A stretch of DNA of 64,000 nt, taken from positions 55,503-119,502 of the forward strand of contig CANRIT010000003.1 of assembly GCA_947630745.1 (NCBI GenBank), written 5' to 3'. The notes under the pieces were generated by a model, which saw only the letters and a list, made by a program, of their open reading frames with translations, was not told the origin of the DNA and made no database searches. Each line of letters opens with the position of its first letter. Within the stretch, counting starts at the first letter, position 1. The DNA is from an uncultured Clostridia bacterium (GTDB taxonomy: Bacteria > Bacillota > Clostridia > Christensenellales > UBA1242). A program made the translations under genes and the position numbers. Shown piece after piece: positions 19,707-29,597 of the stretch.

Positions 19707-19712
19707 TACAAT

Positions 19713-20372
19713 ATGATTTATTTGTTGTACTATATTTTGCTTGCTGTGTTCAGTTATTTTATTGGAAATATTAACTTTGGCAGAGTTTTTGGCAAAATTA
19801 ATCATAAAGATGTAACCAAGTCGGCTAGTGGCAATCCCGGCACACTAAACACTTGGCGTGTGTGCGGATTTTGGCCCGGCGTTTTTACTTTTGTTTGTGA
19901 TATGCTTAAAGGCTTAATTGTATGTTTAGCGGCCTATTTTATATTTAAATACAACGGCGGCAATCCAGAAATTGCAATCTATGTCGCAGGGTTTAGCGTG
20001 GTGCTTGGGCACAACTATCCAGTTATATTCTGTTTTAAAGGTGGCAAAGGGGTGGCAACCAGCATTGGCGTGTTTTTGGTGGCAAACTGGTGGGTTAGCC
20101 TAATTGTTTTTGTTATTATGATTGTTGGTATGCTGTTTGTTAAATACGCTTCAATTTTCACCATTGGCTTTGTTATCACAATGTCGATTGTTGAACTTTG
20201 CCTGTGCAATCCAGCAAACTGGGTTAATTACATTTTAATATCCTTGCTTTTAACCGTGGTTTTAATTTCCCACCATGCAAACATCCACCGCTTGCTTACT
20301 GGTAAAGAGAATAAAACCGAACTTTGGGCGATGGTAAAAGGCATATTTAAAAAGAAAGATAAAACCAACTAA
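19713..20372 (+). CDS. plsY: Glycerol-3-phosphate acyltransferase PlsY
   Basis: GNINFGRVFGK...SGNPGTLNTWRV matches the PlsY signature. Multi-pass membrane protein. ATG 19713 is preferred to the track TTG 19689, which lies upstream of the -10 box. Confidence 0.85.
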   Translation: MIYLLYYILLAVFSYFIGNINFGRVFGKINHKDVTKSASGNPGTLNTWRVCGFWPGVFTFVCDMLKGLIVCLAAYFIFKYNGGNPEIAIYVAGFSVVLGHNYPVIFCFKGGKGVATSIGVFLVANWWVSLIVFVIMIVGMLFVKYASIFTIGFVITMSIVELCLCNPANWVNYILISLLLTVVLISHHANIHRLLTGKENKTELWAMVKGIFKKKDKTN

Positions 20373-20388
20373 ATTTTTCATTTTTTGT

Positions 20389-20416
20389 TTGAAAAGTTTT
20401 TATTTTGTTATATAAT
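20389..20416 (+). promoter_or_regulatory. Promoter placed for leaderless tatD mRNA
   Basis: TTGAAA at 20389-94, 16-nt spacer, TATAAT at 20411-16. ATG 20424 is 7 nt downstream. Confidence 0.5.
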
Positions 20417-20423
20417 ATTGTTT

Positions 20424-21179
20424 ATGATTGATACTCATTGCCATTTGAATGATGAAAAATATGAAAATGTTGACGAAATTGTAAACAACTATCTTTCCGC
20501 GGGGGTGGATAAGGTGGTTTGTGCAAGTTCTAGTTTTTCCGCAAGCATAAAGGCGGGCGAGATTGCTGCAAAATATCCGTCAGTTTATTACACGGTTGGC
20601 ATTCATCCAGACGAAGTTGATGAGTTTGATATTGACAGGCTTGAAAGTTTGGTTAAAAAAGCCAGCAACAAACTGGTTGCAATTGGGGAAATTGGGCTTG
20701 ACTATTTCCATAATAAAGAAAACAAGTCCGAGCAAATACACGCATTTATAAGCCAAATTGAGCTTGCAAACAAATACAAACTGCCAATTGTTATCCATTG
20801 CCGTGAAGCATATGGCGACACGCTTGATGTGCTTAAACAACATCCGCCAAAATATGGCGCGGTTATGCACTGTTACAGCGGAAGTTTGGAGTACGCGCGG
20901 CAAATTATTGCGCTTGGATACAAACTTTCATTTACTGGCAATGTAACCTTTAAAAACGCAAAAAACATAAAAGAAGTGGCGCAAAATATCCCAGAAGATA
21001 GTTTCTTTTTGGAAACGGACAGCCCATATCTTACCCCCGAGCCAAATAGGGGAAAGCGTAACGAGCCGAAAAATGTTTTCTTTGTGGCAGCAGTTATTGC
21101 CGACTTGCGCGGAATAAGTAAAAATAAACTTAGTGAGATTACTGATAAAAACGCAATCGAATTTTACAAATTTAAATAA
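20424..21179 (+). CDS. tatD: TatD-family metal-dependent hydrolase/DNase
   Basis: MIDTHCHL start, IGEIGLDY, VIHCR, ETDSPYL motifs. 251 aa from ATG 20424. Confidence 0.85.
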   Translation: MIDTHCHLNDEKYENVDEIVNNYLSAGVDKVVCASSSFSASIKAGEIAAKYPSVYYTVGIHPDEVDEFDIDRLESLVKKASNKLVAIGEIGLDYFHNKENKSEQIHAFISQIELANKYKLPIVIHCREAYGDTLDVLKQHPPKYGAVMHCYSGSLEYARQIIALGYKLSFTGNVTFKNAKNIKEVAQNIPEDSFFLETDSPYLTPEPNRGKRNEPKNVFFVAAVIADLRGISKNKLSEITDKNAIEFYKFK

Positions 21180-21228
21180 TACAAAATTCAACAAAAACAA
21201 ATAAATGTTTTTATAATTAGCACTTAAT

Positions 21229-21255
21229 TTAGGTGCTTGTTTTTTGTTGCTTTAA
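21229..21255 (+). terminator. Rho-independent terminator after tatD
   Basis: AGCAC-ttaatttag-GTGCT followed by TGTTTTTT. Confidence 0.65.
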
Positions 21256-21289
21256 ATAACTTATTTTAGGGTAACCAAAAGGAGTTAAT

Positions 21290-21679
21290 ATGAGCAAAAT
21301 AAAGTCTGTATCATCAAATATTTTACCAATTTTAAAAAGCGTGCTAATTGGCATTGCAACCACTTTGGCGGGAATTGTTATTTTTGCGCTTGTGCTTAAA
21401 TTTACCAACATAAATGCAAACGCGGTAACCTATGTAAACGACATAATTAAAGGGATTGCAATATTTTTAATGATTTTTGCGCTTAAAAGGAAATCTAACA
21501 GCCAACTTTTTGTTAAAAGTATAATTGCGGGCTTAATTTACGCGGTTTTAAGCTTTGTTATATTCTCTATTTTAAACGGCGGATTTAATTTTAACATCAC
21601 CTTTTTGTACGATTTAATTTTTGCAATAATTGTTGCCGCAGTTGCTAGCGTGATTTTAAGCTTATTCCACAAAAACTAG
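21290..21679 (+). CDS. Small integral membrane protein (4 TM, possibly TIGR04086-like)
   Basis: 129 aa with four hydrophobic segments and SD AAAGGAG. The family assignment is from memory only. Confidence 0.5.
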   Translation: MSKIKSVSSNILPILKSVLIGIATTLAGIVIFALVLKFTNINANAVTYVNDIIKGIAIFLMIFALKRKSNSQLFVKSIIAGLIYAVLSFVIFSILNGGFNFNITFLYDLIFAIIVAAVASVILSLFHKN

Positions 21680-21726
21680 TATTCGTTGATTAACTTGGCA
21701 AAACTAGTAAGTGCAGTCGACCAAGT

Positions 21727-21823
21727 GGGGGCGGGACTTTAAACCGAGCCGCCGCGGGCGGCTTGGTTTGGCGGGGTGCGTGGCACCCCGCAATTTGCGT
21801 TCTGCAAATCAAGTCCCGCCCCC
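21727..21823 (+). other. GC-rich four-way-junction (cloverleaf-like) palindromic element of unknown class
   Basis: 13-bp closing helix at 21727-39/21811-23, enclosing hairpins at 21741-69 (13 bp), 21772-90 (8 bp) and 21793-809 (6 bp). Strongly GC-rich inside an AT-rich spacer. Confidence 0.6.
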
Positions 21824-21973
21824 GAATAAGCCCCCGTTTTCTGTCAATAATTACAAATAAGCAAACTTTTTACAATTTTTTTGGTTTTTTAGTTAAATAA
21901 TTAAGTTTAAACTTTTTAAATTGTTTGACAATTATATTATATTTAGATATAATTATTTAAAATTAGGAGTAGT

Positions 21974-23311
21974 ATGACTAAAAGAAAATCTAAGGGCTTA
22001 TTTGTAGTTTTTTCTATAATTCTAACCATATTGCTTGTGGCAAGTTTTTTCAACTTTACTTATCCATTTACAATAAAAGGTGTTTATTATAGATACACAA
22101 GCTTTTTATCCAGTTTCAGTTTGGGCGAAGATGTAGGCAAATCGGTTAGGATAGTCTATCGTGCCGAACAAGAGGATGACCAGCAGAATGAATCGTATAT
22201 TAAGCTGCGCCATTCCACCATAAATCAATTGCACCAAATTGCAACCGATGCGGGATACAGCGATGTTACAGTTGCAACTTATGGTGAAAACGGCATAACT
22301 TTGCAGGTGGGCAACATCTTAACGCGTGAAGATGAGCAGTATATTCAAGCGCTAATTGGCAATCCAGCGCCAATAGTTTTTTGCGCATCTAACGACAAAA
22401 CCCAGTATTTTGCCAATCGCCACGATGTTGCAAGCGTAACCATGACGCAAAACGCAAGTCAAACCGGCGGCACAGACTATGGCATAACCATAACTTTTAA
22501 AAACAAACAAAAAGTGCTTGATGCAATCCGTGATGACTCGGGCAATATAACGGGCAATTTGTATGTATTTTTGGGCGACCAAACGCTTATGAATGGCGAT
22601 TTAAGTTTGTCCAGTTATGAGGAATTATTAGAGCAAAGCGGTCAAATCACATTCACCAGCAGTTCGTTTGAAGATGCCAACCAAACACAAGAATACATCA
22701 ACACCATCCGCACCGGCCTGCTTGATTTAAATTTAACTCAAATTGAATCCAACACCATCACACCAAGTTATGGGCAGAAGGCGGCACTACTGATAACAAT
22801 TGCAATTTTGGTTTTTGTGCTTGCATCGTTTATCTATTTAATTGTAAGGTATGGTCAACTTGGTTGGCTTAGTTGCTTTACGCTTTTGTTCTTTATAACA
22901 ATAAGCATGTTTATTATGCAATCAATTCCAATTTTGCATGTAAACTTCTCTGGCTTTATTGGTATGGTTATTGCTTATATCGTTGCGTTTGACAGTTTGG
23001 TTTGCGTGCTGGAAAGTACTCGCACTTACTATAATTCGGACACAAAACTTTACATTGCGCTTACTCAAAGCAGAAAAGACCATTTAATCCGCACACTAAT
23101 TTCCAACTTGTTGCTTGCAGTAACTGGAGTGATTTGTGTGTTTATGCCAGTGGCGGGACTGTCTTCGTTCGGCTGGCCAATGCTTATTATGCCAATTGTA
23201 AGTTTGTTCACTTCACTTGTGCTGTTTAGGTTGTTTACAAACATGTATTTGCCACTAAATTCTTACGATGGCAAAAAATGCAACTTCCACAAAGGAGGCA
23301 AAAATGCTTAA
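21974..23311 (+). CDS. secD: Protein translocase subunit SecD (divergent)
   Basis: N-terminal TM, large extracytoplasmic domain, six C-terminal TM helices with a SecD/F-type segment IGMVIAYIVAFDSLVCVLES. Followed by secF with an 8-nt overlap. Confidence 0.7.
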   Translation: MTKRKSKGLFVVFSIILTILLVASFFNFTYPFTIKGVYYRYTSFLSSFSLGEDVGKSVRIVYRAEQEDDQQNESYIKLRHSTINQLHQIATDAGYSDVTVATYGENGITLQVGNILTREDEQYIQALIGNPAPIVFCASNDKTQYFANRHDVASVTMTQNASQTGGTDYGITITFKNKQKVLDAIRDDSGNITGNLYVFLGDQTLMNGDLSLSSYEELLEQSGQITFTSSSFEDANQTQEYINTIRTGLLDLNLTQIESNTITPSYGQKAALLITIAILVFVLASFIYLIVRYGQLGWLSCFTLLFFITISMFIMQSIPILHVNFSGFIGMVIAYIVAFDSLVCVLESTRTYYNSDTKLYIALTQSRKDHLIRTLISNLLLAVTGVICVFMPVAGLSSFGWPMLIMPIVSLFTSLVLFRLFTNMYLPLNSYDGKKCNFHKGGKNA

Positions 23312-24254
23312 ACGAGATTTTTCTAAGCCAGTTAAACAATATTTTAACAAAAACAAATTTGTGTTAATAGGTGTGTTGGCTTTCTTTTTGCTGGCAATAA
23401 TTATTGGCGCAATTTTTGGTATGAATGGCAATTTTGAATTTAAAAATCATCAACAATTTGCCGTGCGCGTGTCGGGTGCAAGCGCAAAATCTTATGTTGA
23501 TGATGTGCAAAATATAGTCAACAAAGCGGGCGGAAAGTTTGATAGTTACCAGATATTTTCAAGTGGGGACAACACCCAAATTGTGGTGCGCTACAACAAA
23601 TTGTTAAGCGAGCAAAAGCAGCAAGAAATTAACGACCAAATAGAAGCCCTTTCAAAAGACAACATTCAGCTTAAAATTATAAAAACCTTATCTTCCACTG
23701 GGCATGAAACAGTCGGCAAAGTGGTTAATTACAAACATTACACCTTTACAGCCGTGTCAATTTTAATTTTGCTTGTGGCGGCAATTATCTTTGCTTACAT
23801 TAGATATAACGGGGCAAGCGCAATTGCAATTTTGTTTGCATCGCTTTTTGCCACGGCGGGCTACATTGCAGTTGGCGCAATTTTGCGGCTTACAATTGGG
23901 CAAAGTTATTTTGCAATGCTGGTGGCATTAAATGTGCTTACAATATACTGCACCATAATGTTGTTTGAAAACATCCGCTCAACCAATTGGCTGGTTAGCG
24001 AGCAGTACGACATGGCAATAGATGAGGGCATCAAAAAATCCAAACTAAGGCTGTTTATAATTTCAATCGCCTTGTTTGTGGCGGGATTGTTGTTTGTTAT
24101 CATCGCACCAAACAGCATAAAATATATCTCAATCAACCTGCTATTTATGGCAGTGACATTGCTTGCAGTTATGCTTTATGTTGTACCTTTTGTGTGGAAT
24201 ATCTTTATCCCTTACCGCAAAAAAGCAGTTAAAATCAAAAAAGAAAGCAAATAA
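23304..24254 (+). CDS. secF: Protein translocase subunit SecF (divergent)
   Basis: ATG 23304 follows AGGAGG. SecF-like topology with LTIYCTIMLFENIRS corresponding to the GYSxNDTIVxFDRIRE segment. Confidence 0.65.
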   Translation: MLKRDFSKPVKQYFNKNKFVLIGVLAFFLLAIIIGAIFGMNGNFEFKNHQQFAVRVSGASAKSYVDDVQNIVNKAGGKFDSYQIFSSGDNTQIVVRYNKLLSEQKQQEINDQIEALSKDNIQLKIIKTLSSTGHETVGKVVNYKHYTFTAVSILILLVAAIIFAYIRYNGASAIAILFASLFATAGYIAVGAILRLTIGQSYFAMLVALNVLTIYCTIMLFENIRSTNWLVSEQYDMAIDEGIKKSKLRLFIISIALFVAGLLFVIIAPNSIKYISINLLFMAVTLLAVMLYVVPFVWNIFIPYRKKAVKIKKESK

Positions 24255-24257
24255 AGT

Positions 24258-26651
24258 ATGAAATATATATGTAATTTAGACGAAAATTTTGACCAAGAAT
24301 TTATTGACAAGATGAGCGAAACTTTTAATTTGGATAAGCATCTTGTTCATCTTTTATATTCGCGCGGCATTGATAGTTACGACAAATTAAACAATTACCT
24401 AAACCCGTCTGAAAACGACATATATGACCCGTTTTTGTTTGAAGATATGTCAAAAGCGGTTGATCTTATAAAATATCACCTTAACAAGGGTAGCAAAATT
24501 TTGGTGTTTGGCGATTACGATGTGGACGGCATTTCAGCAAGCGCAATTCTTATTAAATATTTCAGTTCAATAGGGGCAAAAATCTTCAATTTTATGCCAA
24601 ACAGATATGTTGACGGCTATGGCTTAACCATTCCAACTCTGCAAAAAATTGTGGCAGACAACAAGCCTGACCTTGTTATTACTGTTGACTGTGGCATAAC
24701 CGCAGTTGAAGAAGTTAAATTTTTAAAGGATTTAAATATTGATGTGGTTATAACCGACCACCATGAGCCAGCCGAGCAGTTGCCCGATGCGCCAATAATC
24801 AACCCAAAAGTTAGCAAAACCTATCCATTCCACTGTCTGTGCGGGGCGGGCGTGGCATTTAAACTTGTGCAAGCGCTGGCTGGGCTTAATGAAGCCAAAA
24901 AATATATATCCATTTGCGCCATTGCCACCATTGCCGACATTGTCGAGTTGATGGAAGAAAACCGCGCAATTGTCTACCTTGGGCTTAAAGATATTTTAAA
25001 CGCGCCAATTGGGATACTGAAATTGATGCGAGAATGTGGCTTGTCAATAAAAAACATAAAGGCAAGCGACATCGCGTTTAAAATTGCACCAAAAATTAAC
25101 GCAAGCGGGCGTATGGGTTCGGCGGAAACAAGTTTAAAGCTTTATTTGGAAACAAATCCGCTTGAAATCCGCAAACTTGTAAAGCAAGTTTTGGATTATA
25201 ATACCGAACGCCAGCAGTTGTGCGACAGGGTGTACAATGATGTTAAGGAAGAATTGCGCACAAAGGATATTTTTAGGATAAATGCGTGCATTATGTCCAG
25301 CCCAAACTGGGATAGCGGCATTTTAGGTATTGTTTCAACCCGCATTGCGGAAGAATATCATCGTCCAACCTTTTTGTTCAGCCAGGTGGGGGATGAATTG
25401 GTGGGTTCGTGCCGCAGCGTAAACGGGGTAAATGTGCACACGCTTTTAAGCAATATGAGCCATTTACTTACAAAATTTGGCGGGCATCCAATGGCGGCTG
25501 GTCTTACCCTTAAAGTAGAAAATTATGACGAGTTTGTTCGCCTAACTGACGAATATGTGGCAAAAAATTTGAATAAAGCCGACTTTTTGCCTACAAAATC
25601 TTACGACTTTATGCTTGAACCGGAAGAGATTTCAATCAAGTTTGTCGAAGATATCGATAGGTTAGAGCCATGCGGGCATTATAATCCGCGCCCAATTTTT
25701 AATTTCAAGCTTAAAAATGCGGCAATTTCAAGTCTGCCAAAACATCCGCAGCACCTTGTACTTAACTATCCAAACTTCAATTTGCTTGCGTTTAACAGCA
25801 GCGATTTGTACTTTGTTTTGTCTGGCAACACCTCATGCAATGTGCTTGCCGACCTTAATATTGACACTTTTAGAAACAGCAAAAAAATCTCGGGCATAGT
25901 TAAAAGCGTGGATTATGAGGATATATATCGCCCGGTTGATGCGGACATAATTTCGGCGGAATACATAAAGCAAGTGTACTACAACCTTGACGGAACATAC
26001 AGTTTTAACAACTATAATCGTGACCAACTTATCCGCTTGGTGGTGGATATGCAGCACAATGTTTATGGCACGCTTATTGTGGCGTTTGATTACAACACAT
26101 ATATCAATTTTAAGTCGGTTTACGACAGCAACAACATATTTAAAAACCGCATTTTTACCATTAATGACGAAACTGGGCTTAACACAATTTTGCTTGCACC
26201 AACTGATTTTAAATCGTTTAACACCTTTAGCCGCATAATATTTTTGGACCCAGTACTTAACATGGGCTATTTAACCGAGCTTAAAAAGTACACCAAATCA
26301 ACAATCTATCTGCCTTATATGATGTCAACTTCAAATCAAATGCTTAAAAACATAAACTTGTCGCGCCAAGTTTTTGGTGAGTATTTCCGCCTTATCCAGT
26401 TTGCGTACGAAAATGGGGTAAAGGGATATTACACCTACAACTTTTACAAAAACATTTTGTCAAAAATCAAAGATAAATTCAGTTACAACTATCTGCAATT
26501 TTATGTTTGCCTTAATGTGTTTAAAGAATTGGGCATAATTATAACAGACGAGCGCGACACCCAAATTGTTGAGATAACCAAAGTTAAAAGCCCACTTAAT
26601 TCAAGCGCGTTCTATAATCGCCTTAACACCTTAAAAGTTGGCAATAATTAG
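24258..26651 (+). CDS. recJ: Single-stranded-DNA-specific exonuclease RecJ
   Basis: DHH-family motifs GDYDVDGISA, TVDCG, VITDHH and GGHPMAAG. 797 aa. secDF-recJ synteny typical of Bacillota. Confidence 0.9.
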   Translation: MKYICNLDENFDQEFIDKMSETFNLDKHLVHLLYSRGIDSYDKLNNYLNPSENDIYDPFLFEDMSKAVDLIKYHLNKGSKILVFGDYDVDGISASAILIKYFSSIGAKIFNFMPNRYVDGYGLTIPTLQKIVADNKPDLVITVDCGITAVEEVKFLKDLNIDVVITDHHEPAEQLPDAPIINPKVSKTYPFHCLCGAGVAFKLVQALAGLNEAKKYISICAIATIADIVELMEENRAIVYLGLKDILNAPIGILKLMRECGLSIKNIKASDIAFKIAPKINASGRMGSAETSLKLYLETNPLEIRKLVKQVLDYNTERQQLCDRVYNDVKEELRTKDIFRINACIMSSPNWDSGILGIVSTRIAEEYHRPTFLFSQVGDELVGSCRSVNGVNVHTLLSNMSHLLTKFGGHPMAAGLTLKVENYDEFVRLTDEYVAKNLNKADFLPTKSYDFMLEPEEISIKFVEDIDRLEPCGHYNPRPIFNFKLKNAAISSLPKHPQHLVLNYPNFNLLAFNSSDLYFVLSGNTSCNVLADLNIDTFRNSKKISGIVKSVDYEDIYRPVDADIISAEYIKQVYYNLDGTYSFNNYNRDQLIRLVVDMQHNVYGTLIVAFDYNTYINFKSVYDSNNIFKNRIFTINDETGLNTILLAPTDFKSFNTFSRIIFLDPVLNMGYLTELKKYTKSTIYLPYMMSTSNQMLKNINLSRQVFGEYFRLIQFAYENGVKGYYTYNFYKNILSKIKDKFSYNYLQFYVCLNVFKELGIIITDERDTQIVEITKVKSPLNSSAFYNRLNTLKVGNN

Positions 26652-26715
26652 TGTATTATATGCATTAAATACACAACATCTAGTATTTATTTAGATTTAA
26701 ATAAAAGGAGGAGAA

Positions 26716-27399
26716 ATGCTATTTTCAATACTATTCAGTGACGGACTTACGCCCTTGCAAGCGGTTATATGGTTTTTATTTACAATTGTAATATTTATCT
26801 TTTCGCTTGCTTGTCACGAATTTGCCCACGGGCTTGTGGCTTACAAAATGGGTGACCCAACTCCAAAGCAAGCGGGCAGGCTTACACTAAATCCGCTGCG
26901 CCACATTTCTCCGGTTGGCTTTTTGGCGTTTATGATAATTGGCGTGGGCTGGGCAAAACCTATGCCAACCAATCCGCTAAACTTCAAAAAATTTAAAACG
27001 GGCAATCGGCTGGTGGCACTTGCAGGGGTGGGTGCAAACTTGCTTATCGCGCTTGTTGCGGCAGTTATTCATCTAATTTTAAATTTAACAATCGGCTATG
27101 GCGTATATGTTCCGGTTGACTATATCCTTACCTTCTTTAACTACACAATTTTGATTAACTCGTTTTTGTTTATGTTCAACATTTTGCCATTGTTTCCGCT
27201 TGACGGGTTTGAATTTGTTGCAAGTTTTTTAAAATTAGACAACAAATTTATTAAATTTAATGTAAAATATGGTAGTATAGTTTTATATAGCATCTTGCTG
27301 GCATCAATATTTATTGAGCTTATAACTGGCTTTGACATAATTGGCTTTTATCTATCAATTTTGTACAACTATGTGCTTGGTCCACTTGCATTTATTTAG
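26716..27399 (+). CDS. Site-2 protease family zinc metalloprotease (peptidase M50)
   Basis: HEFAHG (HExxH) within a TM helix, NILPLFPLDG second motif, polytopic membrane protein. Confidence 0.8.
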   Translation: MLFSILFSDGLTPLQAVIWFLFTIVIFIFSLACHEFAHGLVAYKMGDPTPKQAGRLTLNPLRHISPVGFLAFMIIGVGWAKPMPTNPLNFKKFKTGNRLVALAGVGANLLIALVAAVIHLILNLTIGYGVYVPVDYILTFFNYTILINSFLFMFNILPLFPLDGFEFVASFLKLDNKFIKFNVKYGSIVLYSILLASIFIELITGFDIIGFYLSILYNYVLGPLAFI

Positions 27400-27407
27400 G
27401 AGATTTT

Positions 27408-28193
27408 GTGGAAGACGAAGAGATTGAATCAAGTTCCAAAATTACCTTTAAATTAGCGGATTTTGAAGGTCCGCTGGCTCTTTTATACAAACTTATTAAA
27501 GATAGGGACATGTCGATTGATGATGTAAAAATCTCGGATATAACCGCGCAATACTTGTCATACATGGACGGCGTGCAAGAGCTTGATATGGAAGAGGCAA
27601 CTGGCTTTTTGGATATGGCAAGCCGACTGCTGCTTATAAAATCGCGTTCAATTTTGCCAAAGGATGAAATCACCACGGAAGAAGAACCAATTGACGAAGA
27701 AACACTGCTTAAAATGCAACTTAAAGAGTACGAATTGTTTAAAGAAGCGGGCGGCAAATTGCACGATTTGGAAAATGTTGACCGCCTATACAAGCAGCCA
27801 GACAGGTCGGTGGGCGATGTTAGGGTGGTGTTTAATCAGTTTAATTTGGATAAAATGTTGGATGCGTTTGCCTTTATTTTGATGCGCACCAAAAATAGGG
27901 AAGAACCGCAAGAGAAAAAGATTAATCGTGACCGCTGGACGGTGGCAGACAAAATCAACTTTTTAACCAATCTATTAAAGGATACGCCAGAAATCAACTT
28001 TTTCAGCCTGTTTGACGACACCTATTCGCGCGGCGAAGTTATTACCGTGTTTATGGCGATTTTGGAGCTTTTAAAATTCCAAAAGATAGAAGTTGTGCAA
28101 GCTGAACGCTATGCCGACATAACCATCCGCCGCAAAAACACGGACGAAGACATGGTTGAAAATGAAAATAACGAAGGGGAAGATTATGAATAA
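27408..28193 (+). CDS. scpA: Segregation and condensation protein A
   Basis: GTG start. FEGPLALLYKLIKDRDMSIDDVKISDITAQY kleisin N-terminus. Followed by scpB with an overlap. Confidence 0.88.
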   Translation: MEDEEIESSSKITFKLADFEGPLALLYKLIKDRDMSIDDVKISDITAQYLSYMDGVQELDMEEATGFLDMASRLLLIKSRSILPKDEITTEEEPIDEETLLKMQLKEYELFKEAGGKLHDLENVDRLYKQPDRSVGDVRVVFNQFNLDKMLDAFAFILMRTKNREEPQEKKINRDRWTVADKINFLTNLLKDTPEINFFSLFDDTYSRGEVITVFMAILELLKFQKIEVVQAERYADITIRRKNTDEDMVENENNEGEDYE

Positions 28194-28857
28194 AATTGAA
28201 GAAATTGCCAAAATTGTGGAAGGAGTGCTGTTTGTTTCGGGCGAGGGGGTCGATATTGACGAATTTAAAACCCGCTTTGAAATGAACGACCGCGAATTTA
28301 ACAAGTGCTTGGATATTTTAAAGCAAAAGTATAATGAGAATAGTGGAATAAATGTTATTCAATACAAAAACAAAGTGCAGTTGTGTTCAAACCCATCAAT
28401 TGCGGAAAATATAACTGAAATTTTAAACCCAATCCGCGAGCGCAGCCTTACCAAAGCCGCACTTGAAACGGTGGCGATAATTGCCTACAAGCAGCCAATT
28501 ACGCGTATGGAAATTGAAAGCATCCGCGGGGTTAACAGCGACTATCCAATCCAACTTCTGCAATCCAACAACCTTATTGAAGTGGTTGGTAGAAAAGATA
28601 CGGTTGGCAAGCCGCTTATGTTTGGCACAACTGAAAACTTTTTAAAACGCTTTCAAATCCAGTCAATCGAGCAGTTGCCCGACTATAAAGATTTGCTTGA
28701 ACGCATCCGCGTAATTCACAGTGAGGGCGAAAGTTTGTATAGGGAATTTGACATTCCGGACGAAAATCAGGCGGATGAAAATCAGCAACAATTTCAGCAG
28801 TCGGTAGAAAATGTTGCCAACAAGCTTAGCGAGCAAGTTGATGACAGCGAAGAATAA
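28186..28857 (+). CDS. scpB: Segregation and condensation protein B
   Basis: ATG 28186 overlaps the scpA stop. IVEGVLFVSGEGV, ETVAIIAYKQPITRMEIESIRGV winged-helix motifs. Confidence 0.88.
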   Translation: MNKIEEIAKIVEGVLFVSGEGVDIDEFKTRFEMNDREFNKCLDILKQKYNENSGINVIQYKNKVQLCSNPSIAENITEILNPIRERSLTKAALETVAIIAYKQPITRMEIESIRGVNSDYPIQLLQSNNLIEVVGRKDTVGKPLMFGTTENFLKRFQIQSIEQLPDYKDLLERIRVIHSEGESLYREFDIPDENQADENQQQFQQSVENVANKLSEQVDDSEE

Positions 28858-29009
28858 TCATAAAAAACACAAAAAATTTTAAAATTTTGCTAAAATTTTA
28901 TAAAAAAACGCAAAAAAAAACTTAAAAAAACTAAAAAATCTGCAAAATATTTTTAAAATTGCACTTTTGCAAAAAGAATATTTTTAATTTAAAAAAAGAT
29001 ACTACATTT

Positions 29010-29597
29010 ATGTGGCGTCTTATTTTTTTATTTATCACGGCAATTACGCTTTTATCAAATTTGTATCCATTTTTGGTTTCGTTTGACATCAAATTTAACA
29101 TTTTACATTTGCACGGAGTGGTTACAATAAAAATCTTTAACAAAATTAAAATCGATTTTAAAATCCGCATAAAAAACGGCTATGTGTATATCAACCGCAA
29201 AAACAAGCAGCGCAGAGAAAAAATTACCAAGTCAAGTTTTATGTTGATTTTAATTTACAACCTTGTTGGGCAGTTGTATTTTAGAGAGCAATTTTTGGAT
29301 TTGTCCGTGGTGGGCGATTTTGGTTACAATCAAAATGCGCAAGTTACCGCGCTTGGCTGCGGATATGGCGAGATAATTTTAAAAGCAATTTTTTCAAAAA
29401 TAAAAAACAACAAAAAATCTTCACATATTTTTGTGGCAGTTGAGCCAAACTATAATCAAGATATACTTAATGTCAGCCTAACAAACACAATACGCATATC
29501 CGTGTTTGATTTGCTTTATACATTGGTGTATACAATAATTAAATCGTGGGGTAAATATGAAGAAGTTAGAAAATCAACAAACAGACAATCGAATTGA
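29010..29597 (+). CDS. YtfI-like membrane protein (DUF2953-type), sporulation-associated by synteny
   Basis: N-terminal TM followed by repetitive beta-like segments. Lies directly upstream of and overlapping ytfJ, as in the Bacillus ytfI-ytfJ pair. ATG 29010 preferred. Confidence 0.5.
   Translation: MWRLIFLFITAITLLSNLYPFLVSFDIKFNILHLHGVVTIKIFNKIKIDFKIRIKNGYVYINRKNKQRREKITKSSFMLILIYNLVGQLYFREQFLDLSVVGDFGYNQNAQVTALGCGYGEIILKAIFSKIKNNKKSSHIFVAVEPNYNQDILNVSLTNTIRISVFDLLYTLVYTIIKSWGKYEEVRKSTNRQSN

Noticed and set aside
21727-21823. The GC-rich cloverleaf could be a tRNA or tRNA-like gene, a group II intron domain V, SRP RNA or tmRNA.
   Set aside because: It has no T-loop (GTTCRANNC), no 7-nt anticodon loop and no CCA context. 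Arm 1 lacks the 2-nt bulge and GNRA loop of domain V, and its G-U position does not match the AGC triad pairing. No SRP (GGAAGCAG-type) or tmRNA terminal motifs are present.
27392-27793. 133-aa Ser-rich ORF antisense to scpA.
   Set aside because: It is a shadow ORF opposite the conserved kleisin gene. The extreme Ser/Ile composition results from the antisense of GAA/GAT-rich codons.
28858-29009. Long A/T-only spacer after scpB, examined as a possible ncRNA or repeat.
   Set aside because: It has no stem-loops, no repeats and no conserved motifs. It looks like plain AT-rich spacer containing weak promoter-like hexamers.
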